64,000 nucleotides of DNA, from NCBI GenBank assembly GCA_041746255.1, contig JBGTHM010000032.1:32001-96000 (forward strand). Direction: 5' to 3'. A model generated the notes under the pieces. The model worked only from the letters and a program-made list of their open reading frames with translations, did not search any database and was not told where the DNA came from. Below, in pieces: positions 1-9,664 of the stretch. Each line of letters begins with the position of its first letter. Position 1 is the first letter of the stretch. The stretch is from Fibrobacteria bacterium. Its GTDB lineage: Bacteria > Fibrobacterota > Fibrobacteria > UBA11236. The position numbers and the translations under genes were made by a program.

Positions 1-1
1 G

Positions 2-1297
2 AATAACGCACTTTTCCTCGGCTGGCTTCTGGTTTCCATTTTCGTGCTCTATCGCCTTCTCCCATTAAAAGAAACTTCCAGAGGCGTTCATTTTGGGCTG
101 CATCTCACTGCCCTTGCTCTCCTTGCAGTTCCTTTTTTTCACATTTCTAAGTTTTATTTTTCGGAACGCAGTTGGTCGTCGAAAGGGAGTGATGATGCGA
201 CGGGACAACAACTTATTGAGATCCTGGGAGTTCGGCCTTCGCAAGGATTACCGGATATTTATCAAATCATATTGGATGCCCATACCCGGTTGGATGTCTT
301 GCGGGAAGTATATGGTCACGATGCGGAAGATTTCTCACGATATTTGGAGAATGAAGGTTTCCATATAGCGAACAAAGCCTACTCCAATTACAGCTCGACT
401 CACCTGTCCCTAACCTCCATGCTCAATTTCGAATACCTACAGACTTTGGTTCCGGATTTGAATGAAAATTCCACCGATTTGAATGTCTTAAACGATTTAA
501 AAGGAAACCCACGTATCGTGCGCATACTTCGGGAATTGGGTTATCGATATATCGCCTTGCAAAATGGGTGGGAAAGGGAGGAGGGCGAGTATGCGGATAC
601 TTTCATTGGACCCGAACGCTCATTGACTGGGCTTTTTTTGAACGAGTTTGCCAATGGCATTTTGTTCATGACGCCGATTCCCTATATTAATCGGTCCATC
701 CGGCCGGGCGCTTCGAATAACATGGGTATTGAGCGGGAACGGATTTTGTGGTTTCTCGAATTTATGAAAGAAGTCCATGTGGAAAAAGGTCCGAAGTTTG
801 TTTTTGCCCATGTCTTATCGCCGCATGTTCCCATTCTGTTCGGGCCGAACGGTGAACCCATCGATGATTTTCCCGAATTCAGCGAATTACGGATTACAAA
901 TCCTCGAATGGCTGCAGATGGCGTAAGCGGGCAAAGTCATTTTCTGCATACTCATCTAAAGGAAATCATCCATTCCTTGAAAAAAAATACTCAAGGTAAC
1001 GCCATTATCCTTATACATTCCGACCATGGTGAAGCACTCTCTCCCTATGAGGATGGGGTGGAACATGTTTGGCAACAGCATGCGAGCCTACATGCTCTCT
1101 ATCTTCCTCCCGGAATGGACCGCAGCCAGTTTTCCGAGCAACTTACCCTCGTTAATACTTTTAGGATTATATTGAATGCCGGTTTTGGCGCTAAGTTGCC
1201 ATTATTGGAAGATCGGATATTCTACTCAGGAATGAAAAAGCGATTTCTGTTTCAAGACTATACCGATTCACTTGGAGGCCCGGAAAGCCTTAGGTAA
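2..1297 (+). CDS. Membrane-anchored alkaline-phosphatase/sulfatase-superfamily protein (5'-truncated by window)
   Basis: Frame open from base 2; TM segments, then PDIYQIILDA, SNYSSTHLSL (Thr at likely nucleophile position), HVLSPH and HSDHG motifs. Confidence 0.75.
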   Translation, partial: NNALFLGWLLVSIFVLYRLLPLKETSRGVHFGLHLTALALLAVPFFHISKFYFSERSWSSKGSDDATGQQLIEILGVRPSQGLPDIYQIILDAHTRLDVLREVYGHDAEDFSRYLENEGFHIANKAYSNYSSTHLSLTSMLNFEYLQTLVPDLNENSTDLNVLNDLKGNPRIVRILRELGYRYIALQNGWEREEGEYADTFIGPERSLTGLFLNEFANGILFMTPIPYINRSIRPGASNNMGIERERILWFLEFMKEVHVEKGPKFVFAHVLSPHVPILFGPNGEPIDDFPEFSELRITNPRMAADGVSGQSHFLHTHLKEIIHSLKKNTQGNAIILIHSDHGEALSPYEDGVEHVWQQHASLHALYLPPGMDRSQFSEQLTLVNTFRIILNAGFGAKLPLLEDRIFYSGMKKRFLFQDYTDSLGGPESLR

Positions 1298-2120
1298 ATA
1301 TCGGAAAAATCGCCTTTGGGAACAGGTGACGGGATATCGATTCCTGGAAAGGGTGACTCGACGAGTGGTGGATTATTTTAAATATGAATTAGAATTATGT
1401 GAATCCATAGTCATGCCCTTGTTTTCCCGGTTGAACCTGGATTTGGCAGGAAAATCGGTTTTGGATGCGGGTTGCGGACATGGAGGGGTCATAGCCGGAT
1501 TAAGCTCCGGATTCTCCCTGGGAGAGGCAATCGGGCTGGACCGCGACGAAAAAATGTTGGATAGCGCCCGAAGTCGCCGACTCGATAAAATCGAATGGTT
1601 ACAAGCCGATTTTCTGAGCTACTCGGGAAAAACCTTTGATTTGGTGCTGTTGCGGGATGTTCTGGAACATATCGGTGATGTAAAAGGCGCGCTGCGAAAA
1701 ACTTTCGACCTGCTAAAGCCCGGAGGATCGGCCTATGTGACTTTCGCCCCTTTCTATTCACCCTTTGGCGGCCATCAACACAATGGCGAAGGTTTGGGCG
1801 CCTATTTGCCCTGGGTGCATTTGTTGCCTGAGGGCCTGTTCCGTAGGCTGTTGCGTCTTCCCGGGAACAGTTATAAAACTGGAGACAAGTTACGGGAGGA
1901 TATCGATTCGGTTTTCGCTACCAAACTTTCTTTACGAAGCATGGCCAGAGAATTGCCTAGCCTGCCCTGGGAAGTGGAATACCGCGCTTATTACTTTTCG
2001 CGTCCCGACTACCGGCTGAAATTCGGAATGCCCTCCGTGTGTTTGCCTTCGTGGACTCCCTTACCCTTGGCGGAACTTGCCACCACGGGCGCCGAATTCC
2101 TGCTTCGGAAAAAGGCGTGA
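1272..2120 (+). CDS. Class I SAM-dependent methyltransferase
   Basis: VLDAGCGHGG motif I, FDLVLLRDVLEH, LLKPGG; start uncertain. Confidence 0.85.
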   Translation: MEARKALGKYRKNRLWEQVTGYRFLERVTRRVVDYFKYELELCESIVMPLFSRLNLDLAGKSVLDAGCGHGGVIAGLSSGFSLGEAIGLDRDEKMLDSARSRRLDKIEWLQADFLSYSGKTFDLVLLRDVLEHIGDVKGALRKTFDLLKPGGSAYVTFAPFYSPFGGHQHNGEGLGAYLPWVHLLPEGLFRRLLRLPGNSYKTGDKLREDIDSVFATKLSLRSMARELPSLPWEVEYRAYYFSRPDYRLKFGMPSVCLPSWTPLPLAELATTGAEFLLRKKA

Positions 2121-2138
2121 GACGAAGGGACCCCAGCT

Positions 2139-2939
2139 ATGATTCCCGCCAACCTCACCATCAACGCCGACGACTTCGGCATCAATTTGAAGGCTTCCCG
2201 GTGGATTTTCCGCTGTATTCAAGAGGGATTGATCAATTCTATTTCGGTCATGCCCTTCCGATGCGACGAGCAGGAGAAACTTCTTAAGGCCATTATATCG
2301 GATTACCCACAGGTAAAGGTGGGCGTCCATTTGTCACTCATCGAAACCGATCCGCTTATAGCTCAGCTCCATCCCGGCCTTCCACCGCGCGACTATCGAG
2401 AGTTCCTGCTACGCTATTTTTCAGGTAAGGTGAACTTGAAATCCGTTTATGCGGAATGGAAAGCCCAGGTGGGTTTTGTCGGGCAATTTCTGGGGGGCGT
2501 CTCCCACTTAAGCCATCTTGATAGCCATCAACATGTGCATGTCTTACCGGGACTCTGGCAAGTCGCTTCCCGGTTGCAAGATGAGTGCGGCATAGCACGT
2601 TTACGAGTACCGTATGAGTCATTACGACGAGGTTTATTCCACCAATTTCCCTTCGGACCGGCTCTACAGGCGCTTGCCTATTTCCGTCGAAGGCATGAGC
2701 CGACGCGATTTATCGGTATTTTCACCAGCATGCGGTTCACTGTCACGGATAACTTGAAGGCCCTGTCTCAGGTTAGGTTAAAACCGGATACCCCCTTTGA
2801 ATTAATGGTGCATCCAGGCCAATCCCCGGAAAGCGGCAATCCGGCAATCCCATCGGATACCAGCTTGAATTTGCAAATGGGCGTGGATCCCGAAATGGAA
2901 GAATTGCGCCAGCTGCACTTTTTCCTTTCACCCCGCTAA
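2139..2939 (+). CDS. ChbG/HpnK/YdjC-family carbohydrate deacetylase
   Basis: INADDFG, GVHLSL, HLDSHQHVH, ELMVHPG motifs. Confidence 0.9.
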   Translation: MIPANLTINADDFGINLKASRWIFRCIQEGLINSISVMPFRCDEQEKLLKAIISDYPQVKVGVHLSLIETDPLIAQLHPGLPPRDYREFLLRYFSGKVNLKSVYAEWKAQVGFVGQFLGGVSHLSHLDSHQHVHVLPGLWQVASRLQDECGIARLRVPYESLRRGLFHQFPFGPALQALAYFRRRHEPTRFIGIFTSMRFTVTDNLKALSQVRLKPDTPFELMVHPGQSPESGNPAIPSDTSLNLQMGVDPEMEELRQLHFFLSPR

Positions 2940-3020
2940 ATCGTGCAGGTTCGATAGCCCCGGCGGCTGAAATTTCTAGTTTTGGGGTCTATTTGATAAG
3001 CCGTCAACCGAGAGTTTTAT

Positions 3021-4034
3021 ATGCAACTGGACTGGAAAAACCTGGGATTCAAATACCTTCCCACCCATGCTTTCGTGCAAATGGACTTCGCCGAAGGCGA
3101 ATGGGGTGCCCCCGAACTTAAAAAAGACCCCCATATCAGCCTCCATATCGCGGCTAACTGCCTCCACTATGGCCAAGCCTGTTTCGAAGGTTTAAAAGCC
3201 TTTCGGACCAAATCGGGCGAGGTCGCGCTTTTCCGCCCCGATGCCAATGCCCGGCGGCTGGCCCTTTCAGCCGATCGCATTTGCATGCAAAGCCCCTCCG
3301 TAGACCTGTTCGTGGAAGCCTGCCGCCAGGCCGTGCGCGCCAATCTGGATTTCGTTCCTCCCTACGGAACCGGAGCCAGCCTCTACGTACGGCCTCTCCT
3401 CATAGGCACCGAACCCATGGTGGGCATCAACCAATCCTCTACCTATTCCTTCATCGTAATGGTTACGCCGGTGGGCCCTTATTATAAGGACGGCTTTCAT
3501 CCCGTAGACGCCCTGGTGGTGGAGGAATATGACCGTGCCGCGCCCTTGGGCACCGGCATGGCCAAGATGGCGGGCAATTATGCCGCCAGTTTGAAACCGG
3601 GTAAAATCGCCAAGGAGAAAGGTTTTCCCATCGTGCTGTACGCCGATGCCAAAGAGAAAAAATACGTCGACGAATTCGGCACTTCCAATTTTATGGGTAT
3701 CACTTCCGACGGCATTTACAAGACTCCGGATTCGACCTCCATCCTGCAGAGCATCACCAACGAAAGCCTGCAAATACTGGCCCGTGACATGGGTTTGCGG
3801 GTTTCTCGCGAGCCCATCGAATTGGCCAAACTCGATCAATTCTCCGAAGTCGGAGCCTGCGGCACCGCGGCGGTGATTACCCCCATTCATTCGGTGCAGT
3901 TTCGGGAGCGGCGTTTCACCTTCGGAGAAAAAGCCAAAGCCGGAGAGACCTTGACCCGGCTTTATGAACAATTGCAGGCTATTCAATACGGCGACTCCGA
4001 AGATAAGCATGGGTGGCTGGTGATAGTAGCATAA
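3021..4034 (+). CDS. ilvE: Branched-chain amino acid aminotransferase
   Basis: LHYGQACFEGLKA, LYVRP, KMAGNYA, GACGTAAVITP. Confidence 0.95.
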   Translation: MQLDWKNLGFKYLPTHAFVQMDFAEGEWGAPELKKDPHISLHIAANCLHYGQACFEGLKAFRTKSGEVALFRPDANARRLALSADRICMQSPSVDLFVEACRQAVRANLDFVPPYGTGASLYVRPLLIGTEPMVGINQSSTYSFIVMVTPVGPYYKDGFHPVDALVVEEYDRAAPLGTGMAKMAGNYAASLKPGKIAKEKGFPIVLYADAKEKKYVDEFGTSNFMGITSDGIYKTPDSTSILQSITNESLQILARDMGLRVSREPIELAKLDQFSEVGACGTAAVITPIHSVQFRERRFTFGEKAKAGETLTRLYEQLQAIQYGDSEDKHGWLVIVA

Positions 4035-4166
4035 CTTTCCTGCAGCTTCTCCGTGACTCGGGTGCCCCCTTACCTTCCTCTCAGTAATTGCTTGACCCGT
4101 TCCCTTTGGTTTCGGTAGGATTAGAAAAAATGGATCCTCACAAGTCGAAGGGAAAAGGGCTAACAA

Positions 4167-5606
4167 GTGCTATTCCATACCCTGGATTTCGCGGTTTTCC
4201 TTCCGACGGTTTTTCTCCTTTATTGGTTCGCTACCCAGGGCGATCGTAAAACCCAAAACGTTTTATTGGTATGTGCGAGTTACATCTTCTACGGATGGTG
4301 GGACTGGCGGTTTTTATCGTTGATGTTACTTAGTACCCTCGTCGACTATTCTGTGGCGCGCGCGCTCTCATCACAAAAAGGCATCATTATAAGGAAAGGT
4401 TTGCTAGGAACAAGCATATTGGTAAACCTGGGTGTCTTGGGGTTATTTAAATATCATGGATTCTTCATAGGGGAATTTTCGCAAGGGTTTTCCTTTATGG
4501 GCCAAGAAATAAAAGCGGGCTCCCTCAATATTATACTTCCCCTGGGCATAAGCTTTTATACACTGCAAACCCTGGGTTATTCTATAGACGTATATCGCAG
4601 GAAGGTTGAACCGGCGAGCGATTTCGTGGCATTTTCCGCTTTCGTGGCGTTTTTTCCTCAGTTAGTAGCGGGTCCGATAGAGCGGGCTAATAACCTACTT
4701 CCGCAATTTTATGGAGAAAGGAGATTCGATAACGGCAAAGCGGTAGACGGGTTAAGGCAAATGCTTTGGGGGCTGTTCAAAAAAGTCGTCATCGCGGATA
4801 ATTGCGCGCCATATGTCAACATGATTTTCGCCAATCCATCCGAATATTCCGGAAGCACACTGGTCATGGGGGCAGTACTTTTCGCGGTACAAATTTACTG
4901 TGATTTTTCGGGTTACTCCGATATAGCCATCGGCACCTCCCGGCTTTTCGGATTCGAGTTGAAAAGAAATTTCGCATTTCCCTATTTTTCCCGGGACATC
5001 GCCGAGTTCTGGAGGAGATGGCATATCTCCCTCTCGACTTGGTTTAGGGACTACCTCTATATCCCGTTAGGAGGAAGTCGAACGGGTAGGTTAACGACCC
5101 TCAGAAATACGTTACTGATTTTCATAGTGAGTGGAGTATGGCATGGAGCAAATTGGACCTTTGTGGCATGGGGCCTATTGCATGCGCTTTTCTTCTTGCC
5201 TTTGGTACTGTTGAATAAAAACCGTGTCCACCTGGGAATCGTCGGGGAAGGAAGATGGTTTCCTACGCTAAGCGACCTGGTGAAAATAGGAGTCACTTTC
5301 GCATTGACGGTAATGGCATGGATATTTTTTAGAGCGGAAAGTATTAACCATGCCCTGAGCTACTTCTCTGGAATTTTTTCGGTCTCGCTTTTCTCCTTCC
5401 CGGATTTCATTCCCAAGACTGTGATACTATTTAGTGTCTTCTTCCTGGCTATTGAGTGGTTGGGGCGGGGGCAACAATACGCCATAGAAATTCTCACAAT
5501 TAATTCCGGAAGACCTATCCGGTGGGGGGTGTACCTTGGCCTGGTTTTGACCATATTTTTCTTCTATCCGAGTAACCCTCAAGAATTCATTTATTTTCAA
5601 TTCTAA
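4167..5606 (+). CDS. MBOAT O-acyltransferase (AlgI/PatA-like)
   Basis: LPLGISFYT, FFPQLVAGPIER, DFSGYSDIAIG, FWRRWHISLSTW, SGVWHGANW, C-terminal FIYFQF. Confidence 0.95.
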   Translation: MLFHTLDFAVFLPTVFLLYWFATQGDRKTQNVLLVCASYIFYGWWDWRFLSLMLLSTLVDYSVARALSSQKGIIIRKGLLGTSILVNLGVLGLFKYHGFFIGEFSQGFSFMGQEIKAGSLNIILPLGISFYTLQTLGYSIDVYRRKVEPASDFVAFSAFVAFFPQLVAGPIERANNLLPQFYGERRFDNGKAVDGLRQMLWGLFKKVVIADNCAPYVNMIFANPSEYSGSTLVMGAVLFAVQIYCDFSGYSDIAIGTSRLFGFELKRNFAFPYFSRDIAEFWRRWHISLSTWFRDYLYIPLGGSRTGRLTTLRNTLLIFIVSGVWHGANWTFVAWGLLHALFFLPLVLLNKNRVHLGIVGEGRWFPTLSDLVKIGVTFALTVMAWIFFRAESINHALSYFSGIFSVSLFSFPDFIPKTVILFSVFFLAIEWLGRGQQYAIEILTINSGRPIRWGVYLGLVLTIFFFYPSNPQEFIYFQF

Positions 5607-5609
5607 GAA

Positions 5610-6572
5610 ATGAAAATATTCCTGGTAAAAGTCGTATTTTTCGCGTCGGCATCGCTTTTTTTGATCCTGACGATCGGAATTGCGGCTTCCAAAATCGTTG
5701 CATCCCAGGCGATATTCGCCGCCCGCAGCGAAACCAAATACGTTATTTTCGGACATTCGCATCCGGAAGTCGCATTCAATGATGCCTACATTTCCAATTT
5801 TCAAAATTTCTCCAAATCGTCCGAACCCTACATGTATATTCTCCCGAAAGTAAAGAATCTCATCCATCAAAATCCGAATATCGAAGTCGTTTTCATCGAG
5901 TTTACCAATGATCAGATCATGGAAGGCTGGGACCGTCGAATTGGATCCAGTCGGCTGATGAATGAATGGATGCCACTTTACGGCGCTTTTTTGGAAGCGT
6001 CCGACTTATTTTTCTTGTTTCGGGGGAACCCAATTGGTTTGGTTGAGGCATTGACTATTTCCTTCCGGATCCAATTCAAAAAGATGTGGAGCCGCAAATA
6101 TCCTGCTGAAAATATTGGGGGGTATTTTAACCTGGAGAGGGATAATACCGATTCCCTTTTACAGTCTCTTACGGAATCCGGTCATGATGAAATCGAATCG
6201 GGAGATGAGAGGCTTTCGGAATATCATATTCAATGCTTGAAGAGAATTGCCGCTTTTTGCAGGAATAGCCGGAAAAAAGTTTTTTTAGTCCGAAGCCCTC
6301 AGCATCCATCATGGATTAGGCGGAAAAATGAAAGTTTGTTCCAGCAGGTAAGGAAAGAAACTTTCCGAGACCTCGACTTTCTGGATTTCAATGATTTCCC
6401 CATTTCCAATTCGGAATTTGGGGATTTGAGACACCTTAATCATCGAGGTGCCTATAAATTCTCGGTTTGGTTCAACCAACTACTGGAAGATGGGCTATTG
6501 GACAGGGGGAATAAGTCGGATTATATCGAAAAAAAAATCCGTGAAATGGACAGCACCCTTAGTTCCAATTGA
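5610..6572 (+). CDS. SGNH-like periplasmic partner of the MBOAT (AlgJ/DltD-like)
   Basis: N-terminal anchor, FGHSH (GxS) and DLRHLN (DxxH); starts 3 nt after the MBOAT stop. Confidence 0.7.
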   Translation: MKIFLVKVVFFASASLFLILTIGIAASKIVASQAIFAARSETKYVIFGHSHPEVAFNDAYISNFQNFSKSSEPYMYILPKVKNLIHQNPNIEVVFIEFTNDQIMEGWDRRIGSSRLMNEWMPLYGAFLEASDLFFLFRGNPIGLVEALTISFRIQFKKMWSRKYPAENIGGYFNLERDNTDSLLQSLTESGHDEIESGDERLSEYHIQCLKRIAAFCRNSRKKVFLVRSPQHPSWIRRKNESLFQQVRKETFRDLDFLDFNDFPISNSEFGDLRHLNHRGAYKFSVWFNQLLEDGLLDRGNKSDYIEKKIREMDSTLSSN

Positions 6573-6688
6573 GAAAAATTCCAATTCCTGCTCCAACATT
6601 TACTCAAACCAGCTTGTTTCCGCCCTGCCTTTTAACCGATAATTAGGGGCAATGAAAGAGATAACCCCTGCAACGGGCTCATAACCCC

Positions 6689-7897
6689 ATGCCCGAATTC
6701 GCCTATGATGTTTGCGTAGTCGGAGGTGCGGGCCATATCGGCCTCCCCCTAGCCTTGGCTCTGGCCGACAAAGGCCGGCGGGTGATTGCCCATGACATCG
6801 ACGAAAAAGCCTTCGCACTCATAGGTAGCGGAAAGATGCCCTTCATGGACGCAGGGGCCGAGGAAGTGCTGGCCCGCGTTTTGGGAAAAACCCTCACCTT
6901 AACCACTGATCCTTCCGTAATCAGCCAATCCGAATATGTCATCGTCACCATTGGAACGCCGGTGGATGAACATCTCAACCCCGTCTTTCGCTCCATGAAA
7001 GACTTCGGTGAAAGTTTGGTTCCCTATTTGCACGACGGCCAGGTCGTGATTCTCCGCAGCACACTTTATCCTTCTTCCACGCAACGCATGCGCCAGATCT
7101 GGCAGAAGCACCATCCCGGCTTGGAAGTCTGTTTTTGCCCCGAGCGCATCGCCCAAGGCCATGCTTTGGAAGAACTTCACTCCCTGCCCCAAATTGTGGC
7201 GGGCTTTGAGCGCTGGGCCATCGATAAGGCGGCCAAACTTTTCCGGCTGCTCACTCCCGAAATCGTGGAAGTCAATCCGTTGGAAGCCGAGCTGACCAAA
7301 CTTTTCACCAATTCCTACCGGTACATTCAATTCGCGGCGGCCAATCAATTCTATATGATAGCCGGCGACTACGGCGCCGACTTCAAGGAAATTTACCGTG
7401 CCATGACCCATGAGTATCCGCGCATGCGCGACTTCCCCAAGGCGGGTTTTGCTTCGGGGCCCTGTCTCTTCAAAGACACTATGCAATTGTCGGCCTTCAC
7501 CAATAACCGGTTCTCGCTGGGCCATAACGCCATGCTCATTAACGAAGGCTTACCTCACTTCCTGGTGGAAAGGGCGAAAAACGCCTATCCTCTGGTTGAC
7601 ATGACCACGGGTATTTTGGGCATGGCTTTCAAAGCGGAGTGCGATGACAAGCGCGATTCCCTATCTTATAAGCTCAAAAAAATCCTGGAAATCGAAAGCC
7701 GCGAGGTAATTTGTTCCGATGAATATATCCGGGAAAAAGATTTCGTGAGCGCTGAGGAGTTGGTGGAAAAATGTGATTTGATATTCCTGGGCGCGCCGCA
7801 TAAAAAATATCGGAGTCTTAACTATCAAAGCAAGCCGGTCATGGACGTATGGAATGCGCTCGAACCGGAGCGGAACCAGGGAAAGCGGGTCTTGTGA
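6689..7897 (+). CDS. Nucleotide-sugar dehydrogenase (UDP-Glc/UDP-ManNAc/UDP-GlcNAc dehydrogenase family)
   Basis: GGAGHIGLP, ILRST, CPERI, ASGPCLFKD, GMAFK. Confidence 0.92.
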   Translation: MPEFAYDVCVVGGAGHIGLPLALALADKGRRVIAHDIDEKAFALIGSGKMPFMDAGAEEVLARVLGKTLTLTTDPSVISQSEYVIVTIGTPVDEHLNPVFRSMKDFGESLVPYLHDGQVVILRSTLYPSSTQRMRQIWQKHHPGLEVCFCPERIAQGHALEELHSLPQIVAGFERWAIDKAAKLFRLLTPEIVEVNPLEAELTKLFTNSYRYIQFAAANQFYMIAGDYGADFKEIYRAMTHEYPRMRDFPKAGFASGPCLFKDTMQLSAFTNNRFSLGHNAMLINEGLPHFLVERAKNAYPLVDMTTGILGMAFKAECDDKRDSLSYKLKKILEIESREVICSDEYIREKDFVSAEELVEKCDLIFLGAPHKKYRSLNYQSKPVMDVWNALEPERNQGKRVL

Positions 7898-8913
7898 AAG
7901 CATTGGTTACCGGAGCGAAAGGGTTCATCGCGGGGTACCTTATCCAGGACTTGCTCGACCAGGGCTTGGAAGTGGTCGGCCTCGACGACGGATCCAAGTA
8001 CGGTGAAGTGGCGAAAAGCTATGACGATAATCCCCGCTTCCGATTCGTCCGGGGTGACGCCAAAGACGCTTCCCTATTGAAGGAATTGCTCGAAGGTTGC
8101 GATCACTTCGTCGCCGCCGCGGCCATGATTGGCGGCATATCCTATTTCCACGCACTGGCCTACGACCTGCTTTCCGAGAATGAAAGAATCACGGCAGCTT
8201 CTTTCGATGCCGCCATCGCCGCCAATAAAAAAGGTGGTTTGCAAAAAATCACGGTGCTTTCCTCTTCCATGGTATTCGAAAACGCCACGATTTTTCCCAC
8301 TTCCGAAGGGCATCAAAAAGAATGTCCGCCACCGACCTCCACCTATGGCTTTCAAAAATTGGCCACCGAATATTTTGCCCAAGGAGCCTGGACGCAATAC
8401 GGGCTTCCGTATACCATAGTTCGGCCTTTCAATTGCGTCGGGGTGGGTGAGGCGCGGGCGCTTCGCGGCGAAGGCACTCTCTCCGGAAACGTCCAATTGG
8501 CCATGTCTCATGTCGTACCCGACTTGGTGCAAAAGATTTTGAAAGGACAGAATCCCTTACGCTTGCTGGGAGACGGTTCGCAAGTCAGGCATTACACCTA
8601 TGGCGGCGATTTAGCGCGCGGTATCCGTTTGGCGATGCTTTCGGAAGCGGCACGCAACGAAGATTTCAATATTTCCACCCGCCGCTCCACCACCGTATTG
8701 GAGTTGGCGCGAATGATATGGACCAAGATCAACGGGGCGGAACCCTTTCGCTACGAAAGCGACCCTCCCTTCCCGCACGATGTGCAAAGGCGGGTTCCCG
8801 AAGTTTCCAAGGCGGAGCGAGTCCTCAACTTCACCGCCGATACGCCTTTGGAAACCGCGCTCGACGAAATCATTCCCTGGGTGCGCTCCCAGGTGGAGAT
8901 GGGCCGGATTTGA
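7894..8913 (+). CDS. NAD-dependent epimerase/dehydratase/decarboxylase (extended SDR)
   Basis: GTG start overlapping the upstream TGA (GTGA); TGAKGFIA, YGFQK (YxxxK), RPFNCVG. Confidence 0.9.
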   Translation: MKALVTGAKGFIAGYLIQDLLDQGLEVVGLDDGSKYGEVAKSYDDNPRFRFVRGDAKDASLLKELLEGCDHFVAAAAMIGGISYFHALAYDLLSENERITAASFDAAIAANKKGGLQKITVLSSSMVFENATIFPTSEGHQKECPPPTSTYGFQKLATEYFAQGAWTQYGLPYTIVRPFNCVGVGEARALRGEGTLSGNVQLAMSHVVPDLVQKILKGQNPLRLLGDGSQVRHYTYGGDLARGIRLAMLSEAARNEDFNISTRRSTTVLELARMIWTKINGAEPFRYESDPPFPHDVQRRVPEVSKAERVLNFTADTPLETALDEIIPWVRSQVEMGRI

Positions 8914-9653
8914 ATCACCTGGAGTTGGATATCGTCATCCCCGTGTATAATGAGGGGAAGAATATCTTCGAAACCCTCGAGGGCTTAGCCCGCCATGTCG
9001 GCGGCAAAGCGAGAGTATTGCTGGTGCACGATTCCGAGGAGGACAATACCCTGGCTCCGGCCTTGGCCTTCGCCAACGCCCATCCGGAACTGCCTATCCA
9101 GCCGGTGAAAAACCGGTTTGGGCGCGGGGCGCTCAACGCCATCCGCACGGGTTTCGCGGCTTCTACCTCGGAATATTGCCTGGTCTGTATGGGTGACGCC
9201 TCGGATGACTTCGCGGCGATCAATCCCATGCTGGAAAAAATTCGGAACGGTTATGACCTGGTATGCGGTTCCCGCTACATGAAGGGCGGCCGGCAAATCG
9301 GGGGGCTTTGGTTCAAGGTTTTGCTTTCGCGCACGGCCGGCTTGACCTTGCATTGGTTGGGCGGCCTTCCCACCCATGACGCCACCAATAGTTTCAAGAT
9401 GTACCGCAGCTCCGTGCTGCGCGAAATTTCCATGCAAAGCACCGGCGGATTCGAAATCGGCATGGAATTAACGGTGAAAGCCTATCTTGCGGGCTATCGT
9501 ATCGGCGAAGTGCCGAGTATCTGGAAAGACAGATCGGCGGGAGTGTCCCGGTTCCGCCTCTTCCGCTGGCTACCCAATTACCTGCGGTGGTATTTTCTGG
9601 GATTGACGGGTCGTTTTTCTTCGTGGTATCGCGCGGCTATTAAGCCGGCTTAG
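8910..9653 (+). CDS. GT2 polyprenol-phosphate glycosyltransferase (DPM1/ArnC-like)
   Basis: TTG start overlapping the upstream stop; IVIPVYNE, MGDASDD, GSRYMKGG, DATNSFK. Confidence 0.88.
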   Translation: MNHLELDIVIPVYNEGKNIFETLEGLARHVGGKARVLLVHDSEEDNTLAPALAFANAHPELPIQPVKNRFGRGALNAIRTGFAASTSEYCLVCMGDASDDFAAINPMLEKIRNGYDLVCGSRYMKGGRQIGGLWFKVLLSRTAGLTLHWLGGLPTHDATNSFKMYRSSVLREISMQSTGGFEIGMELTVKAYLAGYRIGEVPSIWKDRSAGVSRFRLFRWLPNYLRWYFLGLTGRFSSWYRAAIKPA

Positions 9654-9664
9654 GTCCCCCCGCC

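Noticed and set aside
3267..4166. 299-aa antisense ORF over ilvE (and similar long antisense ORFs over cimA, dusA, queG and GH2)
   Set aside because: Shadow ORFs of GC-rich genes; no motifs, and the opposite strand holds a clear conserved gene
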